Shown piece after piece: positions 10,682 to 20,401 of a stretch of DNA of 64,000 bases (position 1 is the first letter of the stretch; the number at the start of each line of letters is the position of its first letter). Below the pieces are notes generated by a model. It saw only the letters and a program-made list of their open reading frames with translations. It was not told where the DNA came from and ran no database searches. Source of the stretch: Candidatus Magasanikiibacteriota bacterium (GTDB lineage: Bacteria; Patescibacteriota; Patescibacteriia; Magasanikbacterales; UBA922); contig DOMK01000018.1 in the NCBI GenBank assembly GCA_003510435.1, positions 14,121 through 78,120 of the forward strand, read 5' to 3'. Position numbers and translations under genes: made by a program.

Positions 10682-11036
10682 ATAAATTTGTGTTATTGAT
10701 TATATCAAAATAATATTGTATGGCTTTTTCAATTTCATTTTCCGGAGTCTTGGTGGTTCTCTTAGTAAATCCATTTAATAAAATAATTTTTTTATTAATG
10801 AAAGTAAAATAAAAAATTCTATGATGTTCTTTGGCAAAGTCAACTCTTAACTCTCTTATTTTATTTTTTATATGCCGTGAATATGGTTCGTCCAAATATC
10901 CATTGTTTAACCTTAAATACTCCAGATACTTAAAAACTTTTGCTCTAACTTTTTTGTCTAAACTAAAAATAAATTCCCTGGCCGGTTGTTTTCCATTTGA
11001 ACTATTTTTGTAATAAAATACTTTATATTCTTCCAT
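10671..11036 (-). CDS. RelE/HigB (Gp49-like) toxin
   Basis: 'PYSRHI...IRELRV...HRIFYF...LLNGFTKRTTKTP'; toxin-first order as in higBA. Confidence 0.88.
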   Translation of the reverse strand: MEEYKVFYYKNSSNGKQPAREFIFSLDKKVRAKVFKYLEYLRLNNGYLDEPYSRHIKNKIRELRVDFAKEHHRIFYFTFINKKIILLNGFTKRTTKTPENEIEKAIQYYFDIINNTNLYEE

Positions 11037-11052
11037 ATATATTATATATCAT

Positions 11053-11066
11053 ATATCATATATGAT
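11053..11066. promoter_or_regulatory. putative TA autoregulatory operator
   Basis: Perfect palindrome ATATCAT-ATGATAT between a TTGACA (11069-11074, minus) and the toxin start. Confidence 0.55.
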
Positions 11067-11103
11067 ATGTTGTCAATGGCATTACCCACATAAAAAATAT
11101 ATC

Positions 11104-11847
11104 CTAATTTTTATGAGCTTTTACCCCATTCCAAGACAATTCATAAGCCTGACGCATCGCTTCTGCTAAAGGCGCGCTCTCAATAATTATTGACATTTGT
11201 TCAGCATAATTCAAAAATGCTACTTTATTTTTATATATATTAACTTCAATATGTGGATTGAATTTTTCTTTTGGAGCAACCAAAGTTTCTGATAGTTCTT
11301 CCTTGTCTCTGCTTTTGTGAGACATATCCCACTCAGAACCATAGCTAGCAATCCGTCGCGCTTTGATATTTAATTTTACTCGCTTTTTTATATATTCAGG
11401 ATCCACATCAAAAGTATCAAATTTAAAATAATCATCTGTGTTCCATTCCAAAATTTCTTCTGGTTTTTCTAAAAGAGTATCATCATAGACTTTTTGCATG
11501 GCATCTCTGCCTTCATAAAATAATATTTTGGGTTTTTTATCACTCTTATTATAAACCGCTTCTAGTTCTGGTAAAGCTTTTTCCAAATTATTTTTTAAAT
11601 CTTCCACTCCAGAAATTAATTTACTAGGATGATCAGCGACAAATTTCATATTGCCATTTTCCAATGTCTGACCAACAAACCCTCGACCAACTAATTTTTT
11701 CAAAACTGAATAAACTGTAGTGCGTGGCAATCCAGCTTTGACCGCAATATCTTGCGCTGCCGCCTGACCAGATTCCAAAGAGGCAAGATAAACTTTTATT
11801 TCTCGCTTTGACAAACCAAGTTGTGACAATAATCTTTCTATTTGCAT
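11104..11847 (-). CDS. TrmB-family transcriptional regulator
   Basis: 'LGLSKREIKVYLASLE...AGLPRTTVYSVLKKL' wHTH plus C-terminal effector domain. TTGACA-N17-TATAAT at 11879-11907. Confidence 0.85.
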   Translation of the reverse strand: MQIERLLSQLGLSKREIKVYLASLESGQAAAQDIAVKAGLPRTTVYSVLKKLVGRGFVGQTLENGNMKFVADHPSKLISGVEDLKNNLEKALPELEAVYNKSDKKPKILFYEGRDAMQKVYDDTLLEKPEEILEWNTDDYFKFDTFDVDPEYIKKRVKLNIKARRIASYGSEWDMSHKSRDKEELSETLVAPKEKFNPHIEVNIYKNKVAFLNYAEQMSIIIESAPLAEAMRQAYELSWNGVKAHKN

Positions 11848-12073
11848 ATTAATATTAGATGACGAAATATTCGTCGTCATTATATAATTAAAAAATGCCT
11901 TTGTCAAGAGACATTTTTGATTATGTCTAAAATATTTAGACAATGACGACGAAAATACTAGATTATTAAACTATTTTCAAATATAATTCATTGTTCAACC
12001 AGAGAAATGGGTCTGTGGTTGAAAACGTTCCTTACTACCCCGCTACCGAGGGCTGATATCGGAGAAAGGGGAA

Positions 12074-12340
12074 ATGATGAGCGGACGAATTTTAATGAAC
12101 GAATACTACTGCACCAACAAAGGATGTATATGGTATTCAGCAGAATTACACAAGGACAAAAAGTATTGCCCAAAATGTGGTTCTCCGGTTGAGTTTGACG
12201 GGGGAGTTCAGTGCCAGTGTGGTGTTAAGTATGCGAGCGGCGAAGAAGGTTTTTGTTCCAAGTGTGGTCGTCCGTTGTCCGAAGCAACGCCCATCACGTC
12301 GCAGAAAGGTTTTTGGTCCCGCATGTTTCATCGTAAGTAA
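12074..12340 (+). CDS. zinc-ribbon protein
   Basis: Several CxxC pairs (CPKCG, CSKCG); purine-rich SD upstream. Confidence 0.7.
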   Translation: MMSGRILMNEYYCTNKGCIWYSAELHKDKKYCPKCGSPVEFDGGVQCQCGVKYASGEEGFCSKCGRPLSEATPITSQKGFWSRMFHRK

Positions 12341-12355
12341 TTGGAGAATAAATAC

Positions 12356-12685
12356 ATGAGCAAAGCCTCCAGACACTACAAAGTAGTACGATTACCTAGA
12401 ACGATGACGCCAAAAGAACTGTCTGAATTTGTAGGGGGAATTAAACCGCCACCAAATTCATCTTCTTACCGCGTAGCTGGCCCAACAGCACTAGCTACTT
12501 GGACAATTTTGGGAGGAGGAAAGCACAATAATACTAAGGTAGTTTTTGGCAGTGGCAATCGCTTTGGTAATCTGAGAGATAGGACAGTAATGTCAAGCAC
12601 TCCATGGAGTGTCCTTCCAACCAGACGAAAGACTGTCAACTGGGCAAAAGGAACGTGTGTCCTTCTTATGTCCTTCATCCATTAG
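12356..12685 (+). CDS. hypothetical protein
   Basis: GGAG SD before ATG 12356; directly follows the zinc-ribbon gene. Confidence 0.45.
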   Translation: MSKASRHYKVVRLPRTMTPKELSEFVGGIKPPPNSSSYRVAGPTALATWTILGGGKHNNTKVVFGSGNRFGNLRDRTVMSSTPWSVLPTRRKTVNWAKGTCVLLMSFIH

Positions 12686-12757
12686 CGTCGCCTGACCGCG
12701 TTTCAAATAGTCAGGCACTACATCCCTCCGTATAAATATTTTGTACGGAGAGATACA

Positions 12758-12790
12758 AAAAAACATCCCGATTTAATCGGGATGTTTTTA
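12758..12790. terminator. bidirectional terminator containing TCCCGATTTAATCGGGA
   Basis: AAAAACATCCCGATT-T-AATCGGGATGTTTTT between convergent genes. Confidence 0.75.
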
Positions 12791-12792
12791 TG

Positions 12793-12810
12793 CCTGCCTG
12801 CGCAGGCAGG
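12793..12810. repeat. palindromic micro-element CCTGCCTGCGCAGGCAGG
   Basis: Perfect 18-bp palindrome next to a degenerate 8-mer array; related copies at 33948 and 57088. Confidence 0.8.
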
Positions 12811-12837
12811 TTTAAGTGTTTAAATGTTTCAATGTCT

Positions 12838-13065
12838 TTATTTTGCTACATAACCCATCAAACTAGAAATTCTAGCTTGCTTGATTGCTCGAGCTACTTT
12901 TCTCTGATGCAAGGCACACAAACCACTTCGACGGCGAGGGGCAATCTTTAGATAAGATGACACGAACCGACGTAAAGTTTGGACATCTTTGTAATCAACT
13001 TCAATTTTGTTATCAGCACAAAAATGACATTGTTTTTCTACGACTTTTTTTGTTGGTATTACCAT
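12838..13065 (-). CDS. rpsR: 30S ribosomal protein S18
   Basis: CHFC...VDYKDV...KIAPRRRSGLCALHQRKVARAIKQAR. Confidence 0.97.
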   Translation of the reverse strand: MVIPTKKVVEKQCHFCADNKIEVDYKDVQTLRRFVSSYLKIAPRRRSGLCALHQRKVARAIKQARISSLMGYVAK

Positions 13066-13118
13066 AATTAATATATTATCAGACTCTACCAGTGGCTCTT
13101 GCCACTTGAATCAAGCTT

Positions 13119-13544
13119 CTAAAAGGGTATATCTTCTACTTTAATTTCTTCTTCTATAACTTCCTCGACTGGTGGTGGAACATTGTCATTATTAGAATTT
13201 GAATTAGTTGAACCACGTGGTCCATCAAGCATAATCATATTATCAACAATAATCTCAGTGCGATATTTTTTTACGCCATCTTGACCAACCCAATCGCGAG
13301 TTTCCAATCTTCCTTCCAAATAAACACGACGGCCTTTGCTAAGATATTGAGCAGCAATTTCTGCCAATTTACCCCAGATGACACAGTTGTGATATTCCAC
13401 TTTTTCTTGTTTAGCACCACTTTGGTCAGTCCACACTCGATTAGTGGCCACGCCAAGAGAAGTGACATTTTTCCCAGTGGGAGTAGTCCGCATTTCTGGA
13501 TCGCGGGTTAGACGTCCCAAAATGCTTGCACGATTTAGATCCAT
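13119..13544 (-). CDS. ssb: single-stranded DNA-binding protein
   Basis: OB fold 'LGRLTRDPEMR'; C-terminal DIPF. Confidence 0.98.
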   Translation of the reverse strand: MDLNRASILGRLTRDPEMRTTPTGKNVTSLGVATNRVWTDQSGAKQEKVEYHNCVIWGKLAEIAAQYLSKGRRVYLEGRLETRDWVGQDGVKKYRTEIIVDNMIMLDGPRGSTNSNSNNDNVPPPVEEVIEEEIKVEDIPF

Positions 13545-13577
13545 AGAAGATATAATTAATAATTAATTTTCAATTTA

Positions 13578-13613
13578 TCCCGATTAAATTCGGGATCCCG
13601 TGCTATGTCGGGA
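13578..13613. repeat. 36-bp palindromic element TCCCGA...CGGGATCCCG...TCGGGA
   Basis: 31/36 identical to the reverse complement of 33426-33461; embedded in an AATTTTC array. Confidence 0.8.
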
Positions 13614-13674
13614 CAATTTTCATTTTATAAATATTTTGAAAATTGAAAATTGGTTTTTATAATTTGTTGTATTA

Positions 13675-14250
13675 TTATACCTTATCCAATTCCATATCCA
13701 AAATTTCATCCAATTTTTTATCAATATCATCCAGTTTGACTCTCTTATCTTCTTTTTTGGCTCTCGGTTTTTTTACTTCTTCTACTTCTTTAACTTTTGG
13801 TGCCACATTGGCAGCAATGTCATCAACTACGGTTGTTTCTTCTTTTTTGACTTCTACTCTTTTTGTATAATGTTCAGTTCTGCCTTCTGATCTTGGTTCA
13901 AAAACCCTATCATCAGAATTAGTCGGCATGTGACCAAAACTAATTTTATTTGAAACTGGTTTATTAGCTTCCAATTTGGTCAGTAAAACGCGTAACAATT
14001 CTGACATCAAACGTAATTTCCCATTAATTATCACTATGGCATTATTTTCTGCTTCAAAATGAGCTAGACTAAAATAACCATAACGAATATGTTTGATCGG
14101 GTAAGCCAAACGGCTCTTGCCCATATCACTGATTGTCAATTTTTCCACACCATTCTCTTCAAGAACAGCTTTTACTTTGTTAACCAAAGCAGGCACTTCG
14201 TCTTCTGAGAGAGTACCAGGTAAAATAAACATTAACTCGTAATTTTGCAT
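13675..14250 (-). CDS. rpsF: 30S ribosomal protein S6 with long charged C-terminal tail
   Basis: 'YELMFIL...MGKSRLAYPI...GYF'; rpsF-ssb-rpsR order. Confidence 0.95.
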   Translation of the reverse strand: MQNYELMFILPGTLSEDEVPALVNKVKAVLEENGVEKLTISDMGKSRLAYPIKHIRYGYFSLAHFEAENNAIVIINGKLRLMSELLRVLLTKLEANKPVSNKISFGHMPTNSDDRVFEPRSEGRTEHYTKRVEVKKEETTVVDDIAANVAPKVKEVEEVKKPRAKKEDKRVKLDDIDKKLDEILDMELDKV

Positions 14251-14252
14251 AA

Positions 14253-14330
14253 TTTTATATCATTAACCTCTGTATCCTTCCTACCCCTTTCGACCTCGGG
14301 GCATACAAAGTAAGCGCTGATATAATGAAA
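14253..14330 (-). promoter_or_regulatory. putative S6:S18-binding leader RNA
   Basis: Structured 5'UTR (TGTAT...ATACA stem, internal CCCC/GGGG) after promoter TTGACA-N17-TATATT (14333-14361). Confidence 0.5.
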
Positions 14331-14519
14331 ACAATATACCAGAATAGGGTGAGTTTGTCAAATCCTTTGTCTTTGAAAGATTTTTTGATAATTTAAAACC
14401 AAAAAATGTAAAATTTATTCATTATTCTTTATTCCTTGACGATATTCCTTACAACACCTATATATGCTATAATATAAATACTTTATACTTTAAAACTTTA
14501 CAAACTTCAACTCAATTCT

Positions 14520-16247
14520 ATGCTTCCAAATGAAATTCTTCGCACAATCCTAAAAGATGATTTTAATATAAAAAACGAGGATTATAAAAAACATGAAATC
14601 CAAGCCAAAAAGCTAAATAAAACATTGGAACAATATTTATTTGATGAAAATATTGTGGATGAAGTGGAACTATATACCAAAGCTTCCAATCGTTATGAAG
14701 TCCCATTTGTCACTCTCAAAGGGGTAGAGATCAAAAAAGAAATTCTAAATCTAGTTCCGCCACCTCTGGCTCAAACTCACAATGTAGTGGCTTTTGACAA
14801 AGACAAACAAGAAGTAAAATTGGCCATGCTAGATCCAATGGATATCCAAACCATTGAATTTTTGCACAGAAAAATTGGTCTTATTCCCAAAGTATTTTTT
14901 ACTACTCCCAGCGATATTAAAGAAGCTCTCCATCGCTATCATGCTGATTTGGAAAGTGATGTTTCGATCAGACAATTATCTGATGGCGAAGTCGCGAGTG
15001 AAAAAGATCTGAAAAAAGCCGCTGAGGAATTACCCATTATTAATATCGTGAATAGTATTTTGGAACACGCGGTTTATGAAGGCGCGAGTGATATTCACAT
15101 TGAACCAGCTGAAAAAGAAATTGTCGTGCGCTATCGGGTAGATGGAATTTTGAAAAATGTGATGAACCTACCAAAGACTGTCCGGAGTGGGATTGTGGCT
15201 CGTATCAAAGTGTTGTCAAATTTAAAAATTGATGAACACATGAAACCCCAAGATGGCCGATTCAAAATTCAAATTCAAGATGAAAAACTATCTTTCCGTG
15301 TTTCTATTATGCCTGTCTATGATGGAGAAAAAATTGTGATGCGTCTTTTGCACGAAGGCCAAAAACCTCTCAACCTGGATCAACTTGGATTTTTACCTGA
15401 AGCCAGAAAATTAGTAGAAGAAGCAATCAAAAAACCTCATGGTATGATCCTAGTGACTGGGCCAACAGGTTCTGGAAAAACTACCACTCTTTATTCTTTA
15501 CTCGGAATTTTGAATCAGCCTGATGTAAATATTTCTACGATTGAAGACCCGATTGAATACCATGTCAAAGGTATAAATCAAAGTCAGACAAATGCGCAAG
15601 TTGGTTTTACTTTTGCGATTGGTCTACGGGCTTTCTTACGTCAAGATCCAGATATTATTATGGTCGGAGAAATTCGTGATAATGAAACTGCCCAAATCGC
15701 TGTCCATGCGGCTATGACTGGGCACTTGGTACTCTCTACACTTCATACCAATGATGCCCCAACGACTTTACCTCGTTTGTTAGACATGGACATTCCTCCA
15801 TTCTTGATTGCCTTTACCGCCAATATTATTGTGGCCCAAAGATTGGTAAGAAAAATTTGTGAACACTGTAAAAAGGAATATTATTTGGACAAGACCGAAA
15901 TTTCTGAACTAGAAAAATCGACTGACATCAAAAAAATAAAAGAACTATTTAATAAACAAAAAATAAAATTGGCTGACAAAGAAAAAAATGTCGAAACTTT
16001 AATTTTTTATCGTGGTGAAGGTTGTCGACGGTGTAATAATACTGGCTACAAAGGCAGAATTGGTATTTATGAAGTCTTGGATATTGATAAGGATATGGCC
16101 AAAAAAATTAATGAACGCGCCACCGCTGATGTGATAAAAGATTATGCCAGACAAAAAGGTATGACCACAATTATGGAAGATGGAATTGTAAAAGCTAAAC
16201 AAGGCATTACCACGATTGAGGAAATTTTGCGAGTGAGTAAGGACTAA
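14520..16247 (+). CDS. pilB: type IV pilus assembly ATPase
   Basis: GPTGSGKTTT, LRQDPDIIMVGEIRD, Zn CxxC pairs, YKGRIGIYE. Confidence 0.93.
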   Translation: MLPNEILRTILKDDFNIKNEDYKKHEIQAKKLNKTLEQYLFDENIVDEVELYTKASNRYEVPFVTLKGVEIKKEILNLVPPPLAQTHNVVAFDKDKQEVKLAMLDPMDIQTIEFLHRKIGLIPKVFFTTPSDIKEALHRYHADLESDVSIRQLSDGEVASEKDLKKAAEELPIINIVNSILEHAVYEGASDIHIEPAEKEIVVRYRVDGILKNVMNLPKTVRSGIVARIKVLSNLKIDEHMKPQDGRFKIQIQDEKLSFRVSIMPVYDGEKIVMRLLHEGQKPLNLDQLGFLPEARKLVEEAIKKPHGMILVTGPTGSGKTTTLYSLLGILNQPDVNISTIEDPIEYHVKGINQSQTNAQVGFTFAIGLRAFLRQDPDIIMVGEIRDNETAQIAVHAAMTGHLVLSTLHTNDAPTTLPRLLDMDIPPFLIAFTANIIVAQRLVRKICEHCKKEYYLDKTEISELEKSTDIKKIKELFNKQKIKLADKEKNVETLIFYRGEGCRRCNNTGYKGRIGIYEVLDIDKDMAKKINERATADVIKDYARQKGMTTIMEDGIVKAKQGITTIEEILRVSKD

Positions 16248-16323
16248 ACAAATTTATATCTATTTATCTCAATGTATAAAAAATCTTGCTAAAAAATAAA
16301 AACTTCCAAGTTATTACAAGTCT

Positions 16324-17436
16324 ATGAAAAAACCTCGTGAACTTTCGTCACTAGAAATAAAACTAAACGCCTGGGTCACTAAATATCTGACTAGAATTCC
16401 TTTTATCCAAAAGATGTTTTTTATTGACCACTTGAAAACCATGATTCACGCGGGCTTGTCTATTACCGAATCTCTAGATACTTTGAGCAAAGAAATTGAA
16501 AACAAAAAACTAAAAGGCATTATTGCCGAAATTAAGATTGGTATAGAAAAAGGCAATCAACTAAGTGAAGTGCTAGCAAAATATCCCCAAGCTTTTCCCC
16601 CAATTTATGTAAAAATGGTTGAATCGGGCGAAGTCTCTGGTAAACTAGAAGAATCTCTAACTCAAATCGTAGAACAAATGCAAAAAACTCAAGAACTAAA
16701 CTCCAGTATCCGTGGGGCTATGATTTATCCAGCAGTAATCTTAGTCGCTATGGGTGGAATTGGTATTATGATGGTGACTGTAGTCTTGCCAAAATTAATG
16801 ACCTTGTTTGAAGAATTTGATACTGAATTGCCTTTGGCTACCAGAATGTTAATGGCCATCACCAACTTCATGAGCAAACCACTAAACCTAATTATAATGG
16901 TCTTGGTTATTACTGCCATAATTACGGCCTTTGTCATGTCTCTAAAAAGAATTCCTGAATTCAAAAAATTTGTTCATAAATTAAATCTTCACCTGCCTAT
17001 CATTGGCATGGTAGTAAAAAAAATAAACTTAGCCCGTTTTTCGCTTACCTTATCTTCACTTTTAAAAAGTACCATTCCAATCGTGGACGCCACAGATATT
17101 ACGGCCGAGACTTGTGGTAATGTATTATACAAAAATGCTCTGCACGAAGCAGCCGAAAGAATAAAGACTGGCACACCTTTATCAGAAATCTTGGCTGATT
17201 ATCCCAAACTTTTTCCACCGATGGTGACAGAAATGATTATGGTTGGCGAACGTTCCGGAGAAATTGATCACTTGCTCGAAGAACTGGCAAAATTTTATAG
17301 TAGTGAAGTAGACAAAACCATGAAAAATTTCACTCAAGTAATAGAACCTATCATCATTCTTCTCTTGGGTGTAGCGGTTGCCATTATGGCGGTCGCTGTG
17401 ATCACACCCATGTATACATTGGTACAGAATTTTTAA
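16324..17436 (+). CDS. pilC: type IV pilus platform protein (GspF family)
   Basis: Two T2SSF repeats: 'GEVSGKL', 'GERSGEI', 'AMIYP'. Confidence 0.92.
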   Translation: MKKPRELSSLEIKLNAWVTKYLTRIPFIQKMFFIDHLKTMIHAGLSITESLDTLSKEIENKKLKGIIAEIKIGIEKGNQLSEVLAKYPQAFPPIYVKMVESGEVSGKLEESLTQIVEQMQKTQELNSSIRGAMIYPAVILVAMGGIGIMMVTVVLPKLMTLFEEFDTELPLATRMLMAITNFMSKPLNLIIMVLVITAIITAFVMSLKRIPEFKKFVHKLNLHLPIIGMVVKKINLARFSLTLSSLLKSTIPIVDATDITAETCGNVLYKNALHEAAERIKTGTPLSEILADYPKLFPPMVTEMIMVGERSGEIDHLLEELAKFYSSEVDKTMKNFTQVIEPIIILLLGVAVAIMAVAVITPMYTLVQNF

Positions 17437-17441
17437 AAATT

Positions 17442-17783
17442 ATGAATCCAATTTTTTACTACATACTACAATTTATTCTCGGTGGGGCTTCAGTAATTAT
17501 TATTACATTAATTGCAAAACATATTGATCCAAAATATACTGGTATTGCCTATGCTTTACCTGTCATTTTGATTTTGGCAGTAATTTTTATTTACTTAAAT
17601 CAAGGTTTGGAAATTGCTCAAAAAACCCTCAAATCAACCTTTGTTTATGAATTCACTTTGGTATATTTTGTACTAGCTTTTTATTTATTTTTACAATGGA
17701 TAAATTTTTGGTGGGCATTAGGAATTGCTTTTATTAGCTGGGCCATTATTGCGACATTAATTCAATTAATTTTTAAACTGTAA
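17442..17783 (+). CDS. small integral membrane protein
   Basis: About 4 TM helices, operonic with pilC. Confidence 0.7.
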   Translation: MNPIFYYILQFILGGASVIIITLIAKHIDPKYTGIAYALPVILILAVIFIYLNQGLEIAQKTLKSTFVYEFTLVYFVLAFYLFLQWINFWWALGIAFISWAIIATLIQLIFKL

Positions 17784-17790
17784 TTATTTT

Positions 17791-18903
17791 ATGAATGAAT
17801 TTAGAACAGACAGAGAAGGACTAGGTATTACAGAAACTGATTTTGTTTTTTCAAAACCAGTTGAATTTAAAAAAGAAAATCCCTACAGAATCATGGGGCT
17901 TTTAAAAAGAGTTCGTGATTTATTTAGAAAAAAAATATCAGAAGAAACCGATGATAAGAAAAGAGAAAAAATAGAAACTGAATTTAAAACAGAATTAGCA
18001 AAAATTGAAGAACAAGATACACGTAATGGTGTTAACTTTTCCCGTTGTCAAATGGTTGACGTCATTAATGACTATCAAAAAGGTAAACCAGTTGAATTTG
18101 AAGCGCTTGGTCCATACATAATGGACTATAATTTAAAGACTGGTGAAATCAAGCCAGAAAATTTAACCAAAACTGATATAGTTGGCCTTGAAATTTCAAG
18201 ACTGCTTAGACAAAAATTTCCCAAAGCGAGATTGATATCCCTGTGTGATGAATACAATACTGGCATATTAGACTCAACAAATTTTCGTGGTATACCAACA
18301 GAAAAAATTATTTCTGATCCCTCTATAAAAGGATTTGTACCAAAGAAAAAAGGCTACGAAGATGATGAACCAAAAGTCACTCCACCAAATGCCACTCAAT
18401 TAACTTTACCAGATGAAACTAAAACAAATTTTAGAAAAAATTATGAACAGCTTTTAAAAAACCAAGGAATTATTAGAGACGACGACAAAGATGGCAAAGA
18501 CTATTTATTAGTTTCAGAAAGTGCAAAAACACAAGAAGCAGATGAATTAGTTAGAAGATTAGAAAAATTAGAAAAAATAAACCGAATAGACCAAGCCATA
18601 TATTTCATAAATCCTAAAGCAGAAAACGCTCTTTATCAAAAAATTAAATTAAAAGACGAAAACGGACAATGGACATGCACCGCTTTAGACGCTGCCTCCT
18701 TTCTAGGAAAAGATAATTCTAAAATAACTCACCTCATTATTTTGCCAAATGATTTTATTAAACAACAAGATCAGGTATGGGAAATTTTAAGGGTACTAGA
18801 CATACAACCAGCTAATTATCATAATATTTTTTATGATGAAAATACCCCGCCAGAACAAGTCGTTGAAACCATTCGCGAAGAAATAGAAAAATATTTAAAA
18901 TAA
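17791..18903 (+). CDS. hypothetical protein
   Basis: 370-aa ORF; no motif confidently recognised. Confidence 0.7.
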   Translation: MNEFRTDREGLGITETDFVFSKPVEFKKENPYRIMGLLKRVRDLFRKKISEETDDKKREKIETEFKTELAKIEEQDTRNGVNFSRCQMVDVINDYQKGKPVEFEALGPYIMDYNLKTGEIKPENLTKTDIVGLEISRLLRQKFPKARLISLCDEYNTGILDSTNFRGIPTEKIISDPSIKGFVPKKKGYEDDEPKVTPPNATQLTLPDETKTNFRKNYEQLLKNQGIIRDDDKDGKDYLLVSESAKTQEADELVRRLEKLEKINRIDQAIYFINPKAENALYQKIKLKDENGQWTCTALDAASFLGKDNSKITHLIILPNDFIKQQDQVWEILRVLDIQPANYHNIFYDENTPPEQVVETIREEIEKYLK

Positions 18904-18924
18904 AAAATCCAAAAAACCATACAG

Positions 18925-18945
18925 ACTCCCCATAAAGGAGTTTTT
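18925..18945. repeat. terminator-like direct repeat, copy 1
   Basis: ACTCCCCATAAAGGAGTTTTT, 20/21 identical to 22741-22761. Confidence 0.7.
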
Positions 18946-20396
18946 TATTTTTTGATTCTTACAAAATTCTGGTCAGCATTCACTTCTACTACGTCACCAG
19001 TTTGAAATAATTTTGTTGCCAAACCAGTACCAACAATACAAGGCACACCAATTTCACGCGATAATATAGCCGCATGGCACATTATTCCACCTTGATCAGT
19101 CACTACTGCCCCAGCCAATCTCAGAGCAGGGACATATTCCGGGCTCGTCATAGTTGTTATCAAAACTTCGCCTTTTTTAATATTTTTAATTTCACTAGCC
19201 TCGCGAATAATCCGCACTTTACCAATATAACAACCAGCCGAAGCCGTCACACCCAAAAGTAAAGATTTTTTATTTATTACTATTTTTTTGTGTTCCATTA
19301 AAATTTTACTTGCTTCTGCACCCAAAAATATTTTTATGCTATTCTGATTAAATACAAATAAACTGTTGATACTTCTATTTTTTAATTCATCATCTTTTAC
19401 AAAAAGATTATTTAATAAAGCTTTTTCTAATTCTTTTGGCAAATAATATTGCATCAATTCGCGTTGGATATTTAATCTCTTGGCAATTTCTTCTAGTAAA
19501 CCCACAATGTAATAATGAACCAGAGTAAATTTTCCTTTTTTATAATCTTGCAAATAAGTAGCCAAACGTAAATTATTAAACAAATCTTTGTGTACTTTAT
19601 CAATTTTATATTTTTTTTCTAATTCTGTTTGCTGTTTTGGTAATTGATTAAAATATCTTTTGCTACTTAGTAGCCGACTTTCCATATCACCTTGTTTTAA
19701 AATGTGATCCAGCACGATAGAAAAATATTTTTCATTCCACAGATCCAATCCATAATCATAGGGTAACCAAGAATATTTTTGGGCATGTATTTTGATTACT
19801 TTCTCCAAATTAATATTTTTTTTGTTTTTAATTTTTAAAGCAATATTTAACAAATCATCTTCTTCCTGTTTGGCAAAAGATTTTTCTCGTGGGGCTGAAA
19901 GAATTGAATAAGTGGTTGTTAATTCTTCTGAATTATTAATTTTTTTACTTAAATATTCTTTTAAATAGCTACCCAATGACTCTTCTAAACCCAAAACTAT
20001 CGGCTCACTCCAAGGATAAGCTTGCTTATACAACTTTAAATACTTATCAAACATCTGCCAAAGTTCCTGATTGGTTTTTTTATTTAAATTAGTTTTATAA
20101 ATACCAGAAGCCAATTTGGCTAACGGCAACATTTTTTGATTATATTTTTTAATAATTTTATTTAAAAAAATTTTATCTTTTTTAACCAAGACCAAAGCTT
20201 GTTTGGCGACTTTTTTTACTCCAGCTTCCGAAGCATACCAGTACATTACCCCATTCAAATATTCCACCAGAGTAATTCCAAAAGATAGACCCAAAGAATC
20301 TTGCATATTTTTACAATAGGATTGGGCAATAATATATGCATTAGGTATTAAATGAATTCTCTCTTTTTGTTGCATGAAAATATAATCTTTATTCAT
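18945..20396 (-). CDS. PEP-utilising enzyme mobile (phospho-His) domain protein
   Basis: C-terminal 'TTMTSPEY...TDQGGIMCHAAILSREIGVPCIVG'; helical N-terminus; no ATP-grasp domain seen. Confidence 0.85.
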   Translation of the reverse strand: MNKDYIFMQQKERIHLIPNAYIIAQSYCKNMQDSLGLSFGITLVEYLNGVMYWYASEAGVKKVAKQALVLVKKDKIFLNKIIKKYNQKMLPLAKLASGIYKTNLNKKTNQELWQMFDKYLKLYKQAYPWSEPIVLGLEESLGSYLKEYLSKKINNSEELTTTYSILSAPREKSFAKQEEDDLLNIALKIKNKKNINLEKVIKIHAQKYSWLPYDYGLDLWNEKYFSIVLDHILKQGDMESRLLSSKRYFNQLPKQQTELEKKYKIDKVHKDLFNNLRLATYLQDYKKGKFTLVHYYIVGLLEEIAKRLNIQRELMQYYLPKELEKALLNNLFVKDDELKNRSINSLFVFNQNSIKIFLGAEASKILMEHKKIVINKKSLLLGVTASAGCYIGKVRIIREASEIKNIKKGEVLITTMTSPEYVPALRLAGAVVTDQGGIMCHAAILSREIGVPCIVGTGLATKLFQTGDVVEVNADQNFVRIKK

Positions 20397-20401
20397 AAAA
20401 T

